From positions 1,600,001-1,664,000 of the forward strand of contig CP181291.1 of the NCBI GenBank assembly GCA_052279835.1: 64,000 nucleotides of DNA. Reading direction: 5' to 3'. Below are positions 40,906-53,980 of this stretch, in pieces. The notes beneath the pieces are model-generated. The model was not told the origin of the DNA. It saw only the letters and a program-made list of their open reading frames with translations, and ran no database searches. Positions within the stretch are counted from its first letter, which is position 1, and each line of letters starts with the position of its first letter. The translations under genes and the position numbers were made by a program. The stretch comes from Microcoleus sp. (GTDB taxonomy: Bacteria > Cyanobacteriota > Cyanobacteriia > Cyanobacteriales > Microcoleaceae).

Positions 40906-41922
40906 TTGGAAAAAACCGCAGCAATCCTATACAATCTAAATGCAGACCCAGCTCTACCAAACCACCTATACCAGTACCTCATGAGGTCGTCATTGTCAAT
41001 GGTCAATTTTTTAGTTGATAAATTGCCGGAGTATTTTCAACCGATTACCATCCGTAAAAAACGCTTTCTTCACTTTTTTCTAGCATTTTTACTCACCTTA
41101 ATTAGTTATCAAGTAATCTTAGAATTAATTACATTAGAAATTCCAATTTTCGGTTTTCACGATATTGTTGATTTGCAAAACCCTCAAGAAATACCTCCCC
41201 AGCGCCGGGACTTTCCCGGCGACTACAGCCAGCAAAAATTAGAACCTTTTTTAGAGTATTTAGTAGTCAATAACTATTGGTTTTTGTCAACCCAAGAACT
41301 TTATGATTATTTTTTAGCAACTCCCCCAAAAATAGTGCCTGCTGAATATCGCGATCGCAAAAAAGTCATCATTTCATTTGACGATGGAAATAAAAGCATT
41401 TATACACACTTACTACCTATCTTAGAAAAACTAGAAAACAAATACGGTAAAAAAATTAAAGTAGTAGTATTTATTAACTCCGGCTTTTTCGGAACGCATC
41501 ATTCACTAATCAAAAAAGTCAACTGTCAAGACTTGAGAGATGGATTTAAAAAAGGATTTTACGATATTCAATCTCACGGACTAAATCACGAAAATTTAAC
41601 CAAAATTTCCCTTCAAGCTTTAGACAGAGAACTGTCACAAGACCAAATCCGATTGAGAAAATGCACCCAAGACTTAGACCCCAATCAAACAGTCGCCTCT
41701 CACATCGCCTACCCCTTTGGCGCAATCAACAACCAAAGTGAGAAATATGTTGCCAAATACTACAAATCTGGATATTTATACGACAGTTTAAAATTAAAAC
41801 TCCGCTTTTTCCCCCACAACCCCTATCGAATTTCCCGCTTGACTATCAACAACAAACACTCAACAAAAAAACTTATGAAAATGGCTTCAGGAAACTGGCT
41901 ACACCGAACAATTGGCAAGTGA
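40906..41922 (+). CDS. Polysaccharide deacetylase (PgaB/IcaB-like); start uncertain (40981 or 40999 plausible)
   Basis: GFHD, ISFDDG, IQSHG..H, AYPFG; N-terminal TM helix. Confidence 0.85.
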   Translation: MEKTAAILYNLNADPALPNHLYQYLMRSSLSMVNFLVDKLPEYFQPITIRKKRFLHFFLAFLLTLISYQVILELITLEIPIFGFHDIVDLQNPQEIPPQRRDFPGDYSQQKLEPFLEYLVVNNYWFLSTQELYDYFLATPPKIVPAEYRDRKKVIISFDDGNKSIYTHLLPILEKLENKYGKKIKVVVFINSGFFGTHHSLIKKVNCQDLRDGFKKGFYDIQSHGLNHENLTKISLQALDRELSQDQIRLRKCTQDLDPNQTVASHIAYPFGAINNQSEKYVAKYYKSGYLYDSLKLKLRFFPHNPYRISRLTINNKHSTKKLMKMASGNWLHRTIGK

Positions 41923-41967
41923 ATTTGCTGAACTATATAGTTATTAAAAATACCAGAGGTTAGTGCA

Positions 41968-43446
41968 TTGGAATACACAAAATCAGAACCACAAAACACA
42001 GTAAAAAACGAAAAAATGTTTCCTGTAGCTGCGGTTGCGAAACGCGCTGATGCCCTAGATGCAATGCGAGGCATCGCAGTTTTAGCAATGGTTTTATCAG
42101 GGACCATAGCCCGCAAAACATTACCCGCATGGATGTATCACGCCCAAGAACCGCCACCCATCCATACCTTCAATCCTCAAGTAGCTGGACTAACTTGGGT
42201 AGATTTAGTTTTCCCCTTTTTTCTGTTTGCAATGGGGGCCGCTATACCACTTGCTTTATCTCGCCGCATTGCCAAAGGAGGGAGTATAAATAAAGTGATT
42301 AGTTCTCTTTTACAAAGAGGATTTCTACTAGGTTCATTTGCGATATTCCTGCAACATATTCGACCCACTGTCATCGACCCCAACGAACCCGGTCCACAAA
42401 AATGGTGGTTAGGCCTCTGTGGATTTTTAATCCTATTTTTTATGTTTCTTCGCTGGCCAACTAAGAAGTTTTCCTGGTTGCAAAAAGTCATAACCGTTGC
42501 TGCTTGGAGTGCTGGATTTTTATTTGTATCTCGGATCAAATATCCCAACGGAATTGGGTTTGATTTCAACCGTAGCGATATTATCTTAGTTGTGCTGGCA
42601 AATATGGCCGTTTTTGGATCGGTAATTTGGCTTTTTACTCGTTCAAATACCTGGTTGCGAGTGGGATTATTAGGATTGTTGTTAGCCCTACGACTATCTG
42701 CCCAAACTGATGGTTGGATTAAGTCAATTTGGCTGTATTCTCCTGCACCTTGGATTTTTCAATTTGATTATTTGAAGTATTTGTTTGTTGTGATTCCCGG
42801 TACTATTGTCGGGGATTTGCTATGTCGCTGGATAGAATATCATTCGCCAGAAGATACTAACTATTCTCACTGGAAAAATCGGCGATATTTCTGGATCATG
42901 GTTTTGATGTTTACGATTAATTTAGTGTTGCTAGTGGGATTACAAGCTAGATGGGTGTGGCAGACTAATTTAGTAGTTTTTGTGCTGTGTTTGTCTGGTT
43001 TAGTTTTTTTGCAAAAACCAGGAAATGTCACGGAAAATTTATTAAATCGCCTTTACGAATGGGGTTTTTATTGGCTAGTTTTGGGTTTACTATTTGAGCC
43101 TTATCAAGGTGGCATCAAGAAAGATTCAGCGACAATGAGTTACTTTTTTGTAACGACTGGAATGGCAATTTTTATGTTGATTGGCTTGACAATAATTATC
43201 GATGTGTTTCACCATAAACGCTGGTTGCAGCTATTTATTGACAATGGGGTGAATCCGATGATTGGTTATGTGGGATTTGCGAATATTGTGTGGCCAATTC
43301 TGGTGTTAAATAACTGGGAACCTGTGATTGTTGAGATGACGGCAACCGATCCATTTATGGGTTTTTTGAGGGGATTTGGGTATACGGCAATTGTGGCGGT
43401 AATAGTGATGGTGTTTACGAGGTTTAAATTGTTTTTGAGAACGTGA
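41968..43446 (+). CDS. Membrane acyltransferase-like protein (DUF5009/HGSNAT-like); start may be 42016
   Basis: R..ALDAMRG, T.VDLVFPFFLF.MG.A, IKK..AT.SY. Confidence 0.8.
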   Translation: MEYTKSEPQNTVKNEKMFPVAAVAKRADALDAMRGIAVLAMVLSGTIARKTLPAWMYHAQEPPPIHTFNPQVAGLTWVDLVFPFFLFAMGAAIPLALSRRIAKGGSINKVISSLLQRGFLLGSFAIFLQHIRPTVIDPNEPGPQKWWLGLCGFLILFFMFLRWPTKKFSWLQKVITVAAWSAGFLFVSRIKYPNGIGFDFNRSDIILVVLANMAVFGSVIWLFTRSNTWLRVGLLGLLLALRLSAQTDGWIKSIWLYSPAPWIFQFDYLKYLFVVIPGTIVGDLLCRWIEYHSPEDTNYSHWKNRRYFWIMVLMFTINLVLLVGLQARWVWQTNLVVFVLCLSGLVFLQKPGNVTENLLNRLYEWGFYWLVLGLLFEPYQGGIKKDSATMSYFFVTTGMAIFMLIGLTIIIDVFHHKRWLQLFIDNGVNPMIGYVGFANIVWPILVLNNWEPVIVEMTATDPFMGFLRGFGYTAIVAVIVMVFTRFKLFLRT

Positions 43447-43628
43447 GATAATTAAAGGGCAAGTTTATCTTCAGGTATTGTATGGGAATTATTTAACCGC
43501 AGAGAACACAGAGGACACAGAGGGAGAGAATCGGACTCCGACAGAGAAACCGGGTTTTTTACTGAATCTGCGAGTAAAAACGGAGTATTTTTGTAAAAAA
43601 CCCGGTTTCTCAACCCCATGCGTAAGTC

Positions 43629-44687
43629 CTAGGAAAGTGACTTTAAAATGCCACTTTCCAATTGATAAATTGCGGCCATGATTCCGGTTTCAGGATTTTT
43701 TAGGAGTGATATTTTGACATCTTTTAAGTAACTTAGAATGTGCTCCCGCAAAATGGGTCTTTCGACTTTCACTGTGTGATTGTAATCCCATAAATCCCAC
43801 ATGATAATCCCGATGCCGACAATCGGATCGATTAAACCTACTCCCAATTGGCTGGCAACTGTACCGCCTGTTTTTGTAGCCATCTTGGCTGCGGCTTTTG
43901 TGGCAACTTTTGCTGTAACTTTGCTGCCAATCTTGCTAGCAATCCCCAAGATTAATGGCTTGGCAACTAAATAACCGCTGCCACCCACTAATACTTTTAA
44001 TGATAAATTTGAGGGGTTTCCGTTATTGCTAATTGTGGTGGCAATATCATTGAGATATTTATCCCACTTTGCTTGAGGTATGTTATAATTACTTTGAACT
44101 ACTTTGACATTTTTACTGATTTCTGCGATATATAGATTAACGGTATCTTGAGTGATTAATTGAAACCGCATTTGAGAGTTTCTGGGAACCAAGACGCGGT
44201 TGGCAAATTCTCTTTGAAAGTCTTCGGTTAATTTTTCGGAAACAGCTTGAGAGGCTGCATTCATATCAAATTTGTTGAGTACGGCTGATTTGAGGAAGTT
44301 GAAAGGTACGGTAAACTCCATCTTTTTTTGATTGAAGTAATCGAAGTACCAATCGAGGAAACTGTTGTCAACTCGCGCAATTAGTTCTGTTTCCCATTTG
44401 TCCAATTCTTTTGAAGCGAAATTTTCGGCAGTTGTATGGGCGGTTTGGATGGCGTTTTTAATGTCTTGGTTGACTTTGCTAAAATCGTGGGGCGGGGAAA
44501 CTATGACTGCTGTGGTTGCAGTATTTGTTAAGGACTTGGAAATGATAAAATTACCTAACAGGGGAATAATTACTACCAAAATGACGATCGTCCAAATCAT
44601 CGGTGTTACAGTTTTGATAAACTGAGCGATCGCCTTGAGGCGCTCTGTTTTCTGTGAATAGGTAATTTTTTCCTTGTCTTGACTCAT
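43629..44687 (-). CDS. Hypothetical membrane-anchored protein
   Basis: 352-aa ORF with N-terminal TM helix, FLDWYF.Y motif and Lys/Ala-rich segment. Confidence 0.75.
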   Translation of the reverse strand: MSQDKEKITYSQKTERLKAIAQFIKTVTPMIWTIVILVVIIPLLGNFIISKSLTNTATTAVIVSPPHDFSKVNQDIKNAIQTAHTTAENFASKELDKWETELIARVDNSFLDWYFDYFNQKKMEFTVPFNFLKSAVLNKFDMNAASQAVSEKLTEDFQREFANRVLVPRNSQMRFQLITQDTVNLYIAEISKNVKVVQSNYNIPQAKWDKYLNDIATTISNNGNPSNLSLKVLVGGSGYLVAKPLILGIASKIGSKVTAKVATKAAAKMATKTGGTVASQLGVGLIDPIVGIGIIMWDLWDYNHTVKVERPILREHILSYLKDVKISLLKNPETGIMAAIYQLESGILKSLS

Positions 44688-44855
44688 GGTGATTCTGCAA
44701 ATGAGGAGAACTACTGGCTTGTTTCAATTATAGGTGGCGATTTGTGCGATCGTCTGAGATAATCTGGGACAGGTTGGAACAAACTGCGTAAAACGGACTT
44801 ATCCGAAAGGCGATCGCGATTTTATATTCTCAGGAATTTTCGCGTCGCGTAAAAA

Positions 44856-45212
44856 TTATTTGCTCGTCAGGTTGTCGGAATTCAATGTTGAAGACAATGT
44901 GGATAATTCTATATCTCTATGCTTCAGTTTTACATAATAGTTGGGCTGCCAATCAGTGCGAGTAACTGCTCGAAAGCGAATCGGCAAAATCTGAACAGAA
45001 GCACAGTAGCGGGGAACTAAGTAAATCGCAAAGATTTCTTCTGAAGCTTCAGCTAATGCCAAAACTTCTTGCAAGTTTTCACTGTGAGCGATTAATCGCT
45101 CGGCATTGTGAGCAATATATTGATTGCGATATAAATCTAATAATGTCCGGCGGTTGCGAGTGAGCCATTTCAGCATTTCACGGCTTTCGCTTGGAGAGGG
45201 TGTTGTACTCAT
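44856..45212 (-). CDS. Hypothetical protein (DUF5678-like N-terminus), possibly 3'-truncated
   Basis: WL..NR..L...Y..QYIA....LIAH pattern, then sequence degenerates after HRDIELST. Confidence 0.55.
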   Translation of the reverse strand: MSTTPSPSESREMLKWLTRNRRTLLDLYRNQYIAHNAERLIAHSENLQEVLALAEASEEIFAIYLVPRYCASVQILPIRFRAVTRTDWQPNYYVKLKHRDIELSTLSSTLNSDNLTSK

Positions 45213-45422
45213 ATATTTTGCTGAATATAAAAATTAGTGTCATAAAAATGGCTGTCTAGTTTCGATTATAGGCGATCGTACTTGCGATCGTGTGTTAAAA
45301 GACGAAAGTTGCGGAAAAAGTCTATAAAGCGGAGCTATTCCCAGAAAAACACTCATTTTAAATTCTTGACTCTATAAAAATTAAAGTGGTAGTATCCTTG
45401 AATATACTTCAAGGTTTTAAAT

Positions 45423-46280
45423 ATGACCTTAGATCCTTTTGTCCGCAAGCTAGCTGCAATAAATCAAGCTTTATCTGCTCTTTCAGCAGAAAGCTGCACA
45501 ACACCGGGATGCAATCAACCAGTGTCAAAACCAGGTCACAAATTATGCTATGACCATTGGAAAGCTAACAATGTTAAACCTGTTCAAGCTGTGTCACCGC
45601 CCAAACCTAAACCTCAACAATTTTCTGCCCCTTCACTTCTCTCCGCTACCACTATCAGCGAAAAACTAGAAATATCAAAACACAAAGTCAACCCAATTTT
45701 AGCAGAGTTAGGATTGGTGAATAAAGAGGGTAACGGCTGGGTAGCAACTAAACGGGGGATGGGTTTTGGGGCAGTGCAAAAAAACCACCCTCAAGACAAT
45801 ACTCCTTATGTACTTTGGCCAGAATCTATACTGACAAATCAAGTTTTTCTGGCGACTATTGAGAGCCTTAAAGGTAACAATTCGGAACCTATAAAAACAG
45901 AAGTAAACACAAAGCTAGGGTTCCGCGAGAAGTTTCGGGCTAGCGCACAGCATCGGACAACCGATGGTCATTTTGTGCGGTCTAAAGCTGAAGTTTTGAT
46001 TGATAATTGGCTGTATATGGCGGAGCTAGTTCACGCCTATGAACGTCGCCTACCCATAGAGGAAGAAGCTTACTGTGACTTTTATATTCCTGGGGGGAAG
46101 GTGTATGTTGAATACTGGGGATATGAAAACGAGCCGGAGTATGCGGCGCGCAAGAAAGTGAAGCAAGAACTGTATCAGAAGTACGAACTAAATCTGATTG
46201 AGCTTAATGATGAACATATCAAGAATTTGGATGATTATTTGCCGAAAATGTTATTAAAATTTGGCATAATTGTAAGTTGA
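45423..46280 (+). CDS. Putative DNA-binding protein with C-terminal PD-(D/E)xK-like nuclease domain
   Basis: N-terminal C..GC...C..H cluster; central SAT.I...L...VN..L..LG...W..T..G wHTH-like region; C-terminal DGH.VRSKAE..IDNWL, YE, DFY, YVEYWG, K..LY. Confidence 0.7.
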   Translation: MTLDPFVRKLAAINQALSALSAESCTTPGCNQPVSKPGHKLCYDHWKANNVKPVQAVSPPKPKPQQFSAPSLLSATTISEKLEISKHKVNPILAELGLVNKEGNGWVATKRGMGFGAVQKNHPQDNTPYVLWPESILTNQVFLATIESLKGNNSEPIKTEVNTKLGFREKFRASAQHRTTDGHFVRSKAEVLIDNWLYMAELVHAYERRLPIEEEAYCDFYIPGGKVYVEYWGYENEPEYAARKKVKQELYQKYELNLIELNDEHIKNLDDYLPKMLLKFGIIVS

Positions 46281-46381
46281 TTTAAAAGTGCGATCGCACT
46301 TTGCATCGGCGTTCATCTGCGGTTGCTAAACAAATACCTTTAACCATCCCTCAAACTCGATCGCCCCAATCCGATTATCTT

Positions 46382-46735
46382 TTAGCCTGCTTTACTTAAC
46401 ACAACCAGAATGTACTGGTCAAGACTAACTCCTTCCCTTTCCGCTTTTTCTGCTAAACTCAAATGTAGAGATTTAGGAATCTGTAAAGATAGACTTCCGC
46501 TATACTCTATTTCCGTTGCAGGTAAAGGAATCTAATCTTCACACTCATAAGCAGTCTCTATCCACAATTCCCTAGCTTCCTCAATGTTCTCCATTGCTTC
46601 CGACAAAGTTTCTCCTACAGACATACAACCTGGAAGGTCTTTTATTATCGCTGTATAACCTTCAGATTCTGGATAAAAACTGATAGGATATTTAAGGCTC
46701 AAGTAATAATCTAGAGATTTAAGCTTGACTTTCAT
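46382..46735 (-). pseudogene. HicB-family antitoxin interrupted by an in-frame TAG at 46532-46534
   Basis: DLPGCMS.GET..EA..NI.EA..LW, then stop, then in-frame IPLP...YSG....IPKSLH..L...AE.EGVSL.QYI to TAA 46382. No hicA seen upstream. Confidence 0.8.
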
Positions 46736-46771
46736 CTTATGATAATAACTCCTAACATTCAGGACTTACGC

Positions 46772-46805
46772 AAAAACCCGGTTTCTGGGAGAAACCGGGT
46801 TTTTT
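46772..46805. terminator. Hairpin downstream of chlN
   Basis: AAAAACCCGGTTTCT-GGG-AGAAACCGGGTTTTTT, a perfect stem with A/T runs on both sides. Confidence 0.65.
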
Positions 46806-46824
46806 AATTCAAGGCTAAAAACGA

Positions 46825-48234
<1,410 letters not shown>

Positions 48235-48498
48235 CTAAATCTTCTCCGTTTAAATTAATTGTTTTTTGTCGGGAACTGGAACTTACGCAAGAGAATACAA
48301 AATTTGAGCAAATAAGATCTGTGTGAGGGGGAAACTGCCCTCACAGCAGGCATTTAGTTTATCTAAACCCGTGAACGCAAAATACCTTTTGGTAGTTGTG
48401 AGTTTGAGCTGATTAAGAATTAATAACTCGAAACTCACAACCGCAAGATTCCTGAAGGAGAGGAGAGATTAGGAGAGATTTGGGCGATCGCCAAAACC

Positions 48499-49845
48499 TT
48501 ACTTAAAATCCGACAAAAAGCCCGAAATTTCTTCATCCTCGTCGTCGGAATCCAAATCACTCAGACCTAAAGCATCTAAATCATCTTCATCAGGGTCTCC
48601 GGTGGTCGCTTCCCCCAAATCATCAAGTCCCAGATCGTCGAGATCGTCATCATCAGATACAGAGAATTCGTCAATTCCATCTTCATCCAAGTCACCTAGA
48701 TCGAGTTCCAGGTCATTGGAGGTCGCGTCTCCAAAAGGGTCGGGTATCACTTCCGCCACAAAATCTTCATCTTCTTCTCCAAAGGGATCGGATATCTCTG
48801 TTTCGATATCCCCTGAAGTCAAAGTCCCAAATTCTGAGGCTTCATCTTCGTCGTCATCACCTAGGTCAAAAGCGCCCAAAGCCGAGGCTTCTTCATCTTC
48901 GTCATCATCACCTAAGTCCAGGCCCAAAGCTGAGGCTTCTTCATCCTCGTCATCATCCATGGCGAAGTCGGAGACAGCCTCTTCTTCGTCATCATCATCC
49001 ATGTCGAAGTCAGAGACAGCCTCTTCTTCGTCATCATCATCCATGTCGAAGTCGGAGACAGCCTCTTCTTCGTCATCATCCATGTCGAAATCGGAGACAG
49101 CCTCTTCTTCGTCATCATCATCCATGTCGAAGTCAGAGATTGCCTCTGCTTCGTCATCATCATCCATGTCGAAGTCAGAGACAGCCTCTTCTTCCTCATC
49201 ATCCATGTCGAAGTCAGAGATTGCCTCTGCTTCATCATCATCATCCATGTCGAAGTCGGAGACAGCCTCTTCTTCCTCATCCTCAAACCCATCCAAGGAT
49301 TCCTCATCAGAGGAACTAAGTGCTGACGCTACCGCGGCAGCACCGGCTACTCCAGCGACCAATCCTGCTCCCGCTAAGACCGCAGCGCCTAATGGATTAG
49401 ATTTGGTGGCTGCGGGGGCTGCTGGCTCAGGGGTGGCTGCCGGAGCAGCGGTGAGAGTTGCAGCGGCTGGGGTCGGAACGGCGGTCGGTGCTGTGACAGT
49501 TAGAGATTGACCAGCAGTAGGTTGAGCCGTAGGTTGAGCAATAAGTTGAACAGCATCTGAGGACATACCCAGAGCTAAGTCTGGGTCAAAATTTAGCCCC
49601 AGCACTTCGATGAGGCTGTCTGCATCCGGCTTGAGTTTTGAGAAGGGCAGCATTAATTGCTGGAGTTCCGGCTCCAGAGCAGCCGCAATTCCCAGGATGA
49701 GGTAAGAAACAGGCCTTTTCCCGCCGTCGGGTGTGGCGACCGTGTTGTCAGCCGTCATGTGCAGGAGCAGCCAAGCTCGATTTGCCTGGTAGTAGTCCAA
49801 CCACTTCTGTTTGAGAGCAACTGAAAAAGTATCAAAAAAAGCCAT
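48499..49845 (-). CDS. DUF5331-like protein with long acidic repeat tail
   Basis: KWL.YY..NR.WL, T.DGG.RP.S..ILG, LGLNFDPD N-terminal domain; located between chlL and chlN. Confidence 0.8.
   Translation of the reverse strand: MAFFDTFSVALKQKWLDYYQANRAWLLLHMTADNTVATPDGGKRPVSYLILGIAAALEPELQQLMLPFSKLKPDADSLIEVLGLNFDPDLALGMSSDAVQLIAQPTAQPTAGQSLTVTAPTAVPTPAAATLTAAPAATPEPAAPAATKSNPLGAAVLAGAGLVAGVAGAAAVASALSSSDEESLDGFEDEEEEAVSDFDMDDDDEAEAISDFDMDDEEEEAVSDFDMDDDDEAEAISDFDMDDDDEEEAVSDFDMDDDEEEAVSDFDMDDDDEEEAVSDFDMDDDDEEEAVSDFAMDDDEDEEASALGLDLGDDDEDEEASALGAFDLGDDDEDEASEFGTLTSGDIETEISDPFGEEDEDFVAEVIPDPFGDATSNDLELDLGDLDEDGIDEFSVSDDDDLDDLGLDDLGEATTGDPDEDDLDALGLSDLDSDDEDEEISGFLSDFK
48950..49280 (-). repeat. 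Intragenic tandem repeat encoding eight E(E/A)EA(V/I)SDFDMDDD units
   Basis: 39-42-nt units, e.g. CATGTCGAAGTCAGAGACAGCCTCTTCTTCGTCATCATC. Confidence 0.9.
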
Positions 49846-49879
49846 AACCTCTTTATCCTCATCCTGATCGCTAGACCTA

Positions 49880-50746
49880 TTAAACCATCATCAGGTTTAG
49901 CTCATCTTCCTCTTTCTTGACCACAGGTTGAACTGGATTTAGATAAAAATCTGACAGCAAGGAGAATAATTCGCGATCTGGCGTGTCATTGGGCACTACT
50001 CCTTCAGGTCTTGCCAAGATTTGATCGGCGATGTTGAGGTAGTAGTCGCAGACGTAGTTGAGGGATGGATCGTTCTCGGCCATTTCAAACAATGTTTTGC
50101 CTTTGACACGAGAAACGCGAATGTCTTCAATTAGGGGCAACACTTCCAGCACTGGCATGGGTACTGAGTCTATGTACTTGTCAATCAAGTCACGCTTGGA
50201 GGTGCGGTTGCCAATTAAACCAGCGAGTCGCAGGGGGTGAGTGCGGGCTTTTTCGCGGACTGAGGCGGCGATGCGGTTGGCGGCAAATAGGGCATCGAAT
50301 CCGTTATCGGTAACAATCATGCAGTAGTCAGCGTAGTTCAATGGGGCGGCAAAACCACCACACACGACGTCGCCCAGGACGTCAAACAGGATGATGTCGT
50401 ATTCGTCAAAGGCATTGAGTTCTTTGAGCAGTTTGACGGTTTCCCCGACGACGTAGCCACCACAACCAGCTCCTGCGGGTGGGCCGCCTGCTTCTACGCA
50501 GTCAACGCCGCCGTAGCCTTTGTAGATGACATCTTCAGGCCAAACGTCTTCGTAGTGGTAGTCCTTTTCCTGAAGGGTGTCAATAATTGTTGGGATCAGG
50601 AAGCCTGTCAGGGTAAATGTGCTGTCGTGCTTTGGATCGCAACCGATTTGCAAAACTTTTTTGCCACGTTTGGCTAAGGCAACGGAGATGTTGCAGCTTG
50701 TTGTCGATTTGCCAATTCCACCTTTTCCGTAAACTGCTAGTTTCAC
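49880..50746 (-). CDS. chlL: Light-independent protochlorophyllide reductase Fe protein
   Basis: [32 protein letters not shown]. Confidence 0.98.
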   Translation of the reverse strand: MKLAVYGKGGIGKSTTSCNISVALAKRGKKVLQIGCDPKHDSTFTLTGFLIPTIIDTLQEKDYHYEDVWPEDVIYKGYGGVDCVEAGGPPAGAGCGGYVVGETVKLLKELNAFDEYDIILFDVLGDVVCGGFAAPLNYADYCMIVTDNGFDALFAANRIAASVREKARTHPLRLAGLIGNRTSKRDLIDKYIDSVPMPVLEVLPLIEDIRVSRVKGKTLFEMAENDPSLNYVCDYYLNIADQILARPEGVVPNDTPDRELFSLLSDFYLNPVQPVVKKEEDELNLMMV

Positions 50747-51529
50747 TCTTTGTTCTCCTATAGGTTTCTCTGAAAACGATCGGGGTTTGGGGTTTCACGC
50801 ATTCATGTTGCGATCGCCCGGTGCGGCCATACCCAACTCCTGTGCCCTTAATGCAATGCCCCACTGCAATGCTTTTTTTGTCTCTTTCGGAGTCGGCTTT
50901 GTTATCTCTTTGAAAGCATTATTAGCTAACTTGCTGGGAAAAGAAAGGGGGCACAAAAATGAAAACGCTAGTAAATTAGTTCATTTTGCATCTTTGGGAA
51001 TCTTAGCTGGTTTTTCAATCTCACAGTCTATTTTTAGGTTTTTTTTAGATTTAAAAGCTATTTTATAGTATTACTTTTAAATAAATAGGTACAAAAATAA
51101 AACAAAAGTTTACTTATGAAACAATCTGGACTTTGAGCTTTGAGTCTGGGATACAGACAGTTGGGGACTTGTGCGGGGAATTACTGCGGGTAAAAAGCGA
51201 CTGATGGATGGGGCGAACTCGGAGTGAGTTCGACTAATGGGCTCTGGCGAGGTCAAATTCAAGTTAGCAGAAAGGGATTGCAGGTGATTTTGATGCGCTT
51301 TATGGGATTTTGTAAAATATTGTAAATTTTCAGGAATACTTGGCTGATGACGGTTGACATTCCTGGATGCAATCCGACTAAAGAAACAGGGTTTTTTACC
51401 GACTGTGCGGGATGCAACCTGTGTATTTTTGCTAAAAAACCCGGTTTCTCAGTCCCCATGCGTCCAGAACTATGTTGACTAATGTTATGGGTTATTAGCA
51501 GCCCCAAGGGAGTAACAAATAACCAATAA

Positions 51530-53719
51530 CTAATGACAACTGACGATCGGAATTTCGATCGCAAACTCAGTACCTACTCCAGTTTCAGAAACGCATTCCA
51601 GCCGCCCCCCGTGTTGTTCCACAATTAAGTGGTAAGAAATAGACAGTCCCAACCCCGTACCCTTACCCACAGGTTTTGTTGTAAAAAATGGGTCAAATAA
51701 TTTAGAACGAATACTATCCGGTATGCCGCCACCGTTGTCGGAAATTCGGATCGCCACAAAACCCGTGTCAATCACTTCCGTGCGAATAGTAATAGCGGGA
51801 AGACTCAAGGGAGAACTAACACTTGGCGAGGGTGGATTTGTGCTATTTCCCATGAACCATTTACCCTTCTTGATTTCTTCATCTACAGCATCTATAGCAT
51901 TACTGATAATATTCATTAACACTTGATTTATCTGACCTGCACAGCACTCAACGTGGGGCAAATCGCCGTATTCTTTAATGATTTGAATAGCTGGATGTCC
52001 GCCTTGAGCTTTGAGTCGGTGCTGCAAAATCAGCAAAGTGCTGTCAATGCCTTCGTGAATGTCCACTAGCTTGATGTTAGCTTGATCCGATCGCGAAAAA
52101 TTACGCATTGACAAAACTATTTGGCGGATGCGATCGGTTCCTACCTGCATGGAAGACAGAATTTTAGATAAATCTTCTACTAAAAAATCGACTTCAATAT
52201 CTGCTGCTGCTTCTCTAATTTCCGACACTGGTTCCGGGTAGTGATGCTGGTAAAGTTCCAAGAGTTGAATTAATTCTTTGACGTAATGACTGGTGTGAGA
52301 AAGATTGCCATAGATAAAATTAACTGGATTATTAATTTCATGGGCGATACCGGCAATCATTTGTCCCAAAGAAGACATTTTTTCTGTTTGGACAAGTTGA
52401 CTTTGAGTTTGCTGTAACTTCCGCACAGTTTGCTCTAATTCCTGGGCTTGTATCTTCAAGGAATTTTGCTTGCGTCGCAGCACTTCTTCAACTCGCTGAC
52501 GTTTAATAATATCTCGTCTCAACAATTCATTAGATTCTAAAAGTTGAGCAGTGCGTTCTTCAACTTGTTTTTTCAAGTCGTCATGAGCTTGGCGTAGAGC
52601 TTCTTCTGCCCGTTGTCGCTCTAAAATTTCTTGCTGCAATTGCTGATTTGCCAGTTGAAGTTGGGAGGCTCTATCATCCACTGCTTGTTGCAAAATTTCG
52701 ATGGTGCCGTACATTTCAGATGGATTAAAAACGGGCGGCAAACTTGACTGAGACAGTACACCCAAAAGCTCTCCCTGAGTGCCAATTACGACCAAGCGGC
52801 GGACACAATGCCGCTGCATTTCCTGGTGAGCTTTCCACAGGGAATCGGTGGGAGATATACAAAATAAGGGGGAACTCATGGCATCAGCCACGGAGATTTG
52901 GGAGAAATTTAATTCGAGGGCGTGAAACTGCACGATATCGCGCTCAGTGACTATACCTACAGGAATTAATGGTGCGGAATTGGTGGTGAGAAATGGACTA
53001 TTTTCGGTTGGTGCGATCGCGGGTTGTGTAGGGTCAATTGGGGTGTCAACGATCGCGATGTAATTGACTTGATGCTTGACCATGAGCTGCGCTAAATCGA
53101 GGGCTGAGGCAGTTTTTGGCGCATAAATGACTTCTTTGGTCATCACATCTGCTACACAGCGTAAATTGCTTTGTAGGTTAACTGGTTGCAGAGCTTCGTA
53201 AATTGCTTCGCGGGTGATGATTCCCAAAAGTCGATCGTCGGCGTCCACTAAGGGTAAATGCCGGATTTGGTGTTGTCGCAACAGGAAGATGGCGGTGAAA
53301 ATATCTGGAGAATCGGATTGTTTGAGAGTAATGGGCGATGAAGTCATCACGTCAGCCATCGTCAGACCGATCGAACAAGCGGATGCCGTGGTTAACTTGA
53401 TGATATCCCGCTCAGTGAAAATACCTATGAGTCGCGATTCTTTGACTACTAACACGCAACTGCGTTTGGTAGCGTTGGAAACTGGGTGTGGTCGATCGCC
53501 CGAAATGTGACAGGATATCCGCATCGGGTTCATCAGAGCCAATACCTTGGCGATGGGAGTTTCTGGAGTAACTATGAGAGGATGGCGATCGATCGCGCTA
53601 TCTAAAGGTGACGAATAGAGGGGGCGAGTTTTTTGTCTGGTGGTTTGTGAACAGGATTTAATGGGTAATGGCTGTGGGTCACAATTTCTGAAATGTTGCA
53701 ATTTGTGTTCCTGGAGCAT
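51530..53719 (-). CDS. CBS-domain sensor histidine kinase
   Basis: Four CBS domains ([15 protein letters not shown]), coiled coil, AHEINNP, NAIDA, DNGGG, GTGLGL. Confidence 0.92.
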   Translation of the reverse strand: MLQEHKLQHFRNCDPQPLPIKSCSQTTRQKTRPLYSSPLDSAIDRHPLIVTPETPIAKVLALMNPMRISCHISGDRPHPVSNATKRSCVLVVKESRLIGIFTERDIIKLTTASACSIGLTMADVMTSSPITLKQSDSPDIFTAIFLLRQHQIRHLPLVDADDRLLGIITREAIYEALQPVNLQSNLRCVADVMTKEVIYAPKTASALDLAQLMVKHQVNYIAIVDTPIDPTQPAIAPTENSPFLTTNSAPLIPVGIVTERDIVQFHALELNFSQISVADAMSSPLFCISPTDSLWKAHQEMQRHCVRRLVVIGTQGELLGVLSQSSLPPVFNPSEMYGTIEILQQAVDDRASQLQLANQQLQQEILERQRAEEALRQAHDDLKKQVEERTAQLLESNELLRRDIIKRQRVEEVLRRKQNSLKIQAQELEQTVRKLQQTQSQLVQTEKMSSLGQMIAGIAHEINNPVNFIYGNLSHTSHYVKELIQLLELYQHHYPEPVSEIREAAADIEVDFLVEDLSKILSSMQVGTDRIRQIVLSMRNFSRSDQANIKLVDIHEGIDSTLLILQHRLKAQGGHPAIQIIKEYGDLPHVECCAGQINQVLMNIISNAIDAVDEEIKKGKWFMGNSTNPPSPSVSSPLSLPAITIRTEVIDTGFVAIRISDNGGGIPDSIRSKLFDPFFTTKPVGKGTGLGLSISYHLIVEQHGGRLECVSETGVGTEFAIEIPIVSCH

Positions 53720-53980
53720 AGTTTTTTATTAATTTTTCTTAATGAATTGTTACAATTTTGAAAACTTTTCTGGTCAGACGCAAGTATTAAGTACAGAACT
53801 TATGCAAAAGCTAAGAAAAAAAGGGTTTTTGAGTTAAGCGTTGGGCTTAAATCACACCAGGTTTGTTGTTCAGAAACCCAGTTTCTGAATCCTTCGTGAA
53901 GTAGTAGATAAAAGATGTTCGATCGCCTTAAATCTCATTTTTGGCCAAACCCCTTGTTTAATTTTTAATTTTTAATTGTT

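Noticed and set aside
48602..49510. 302-aa Ser-rich ORF on the + strand
   Set aside because: Antisense shadow of the Asp/Glu-rich repeat gene.
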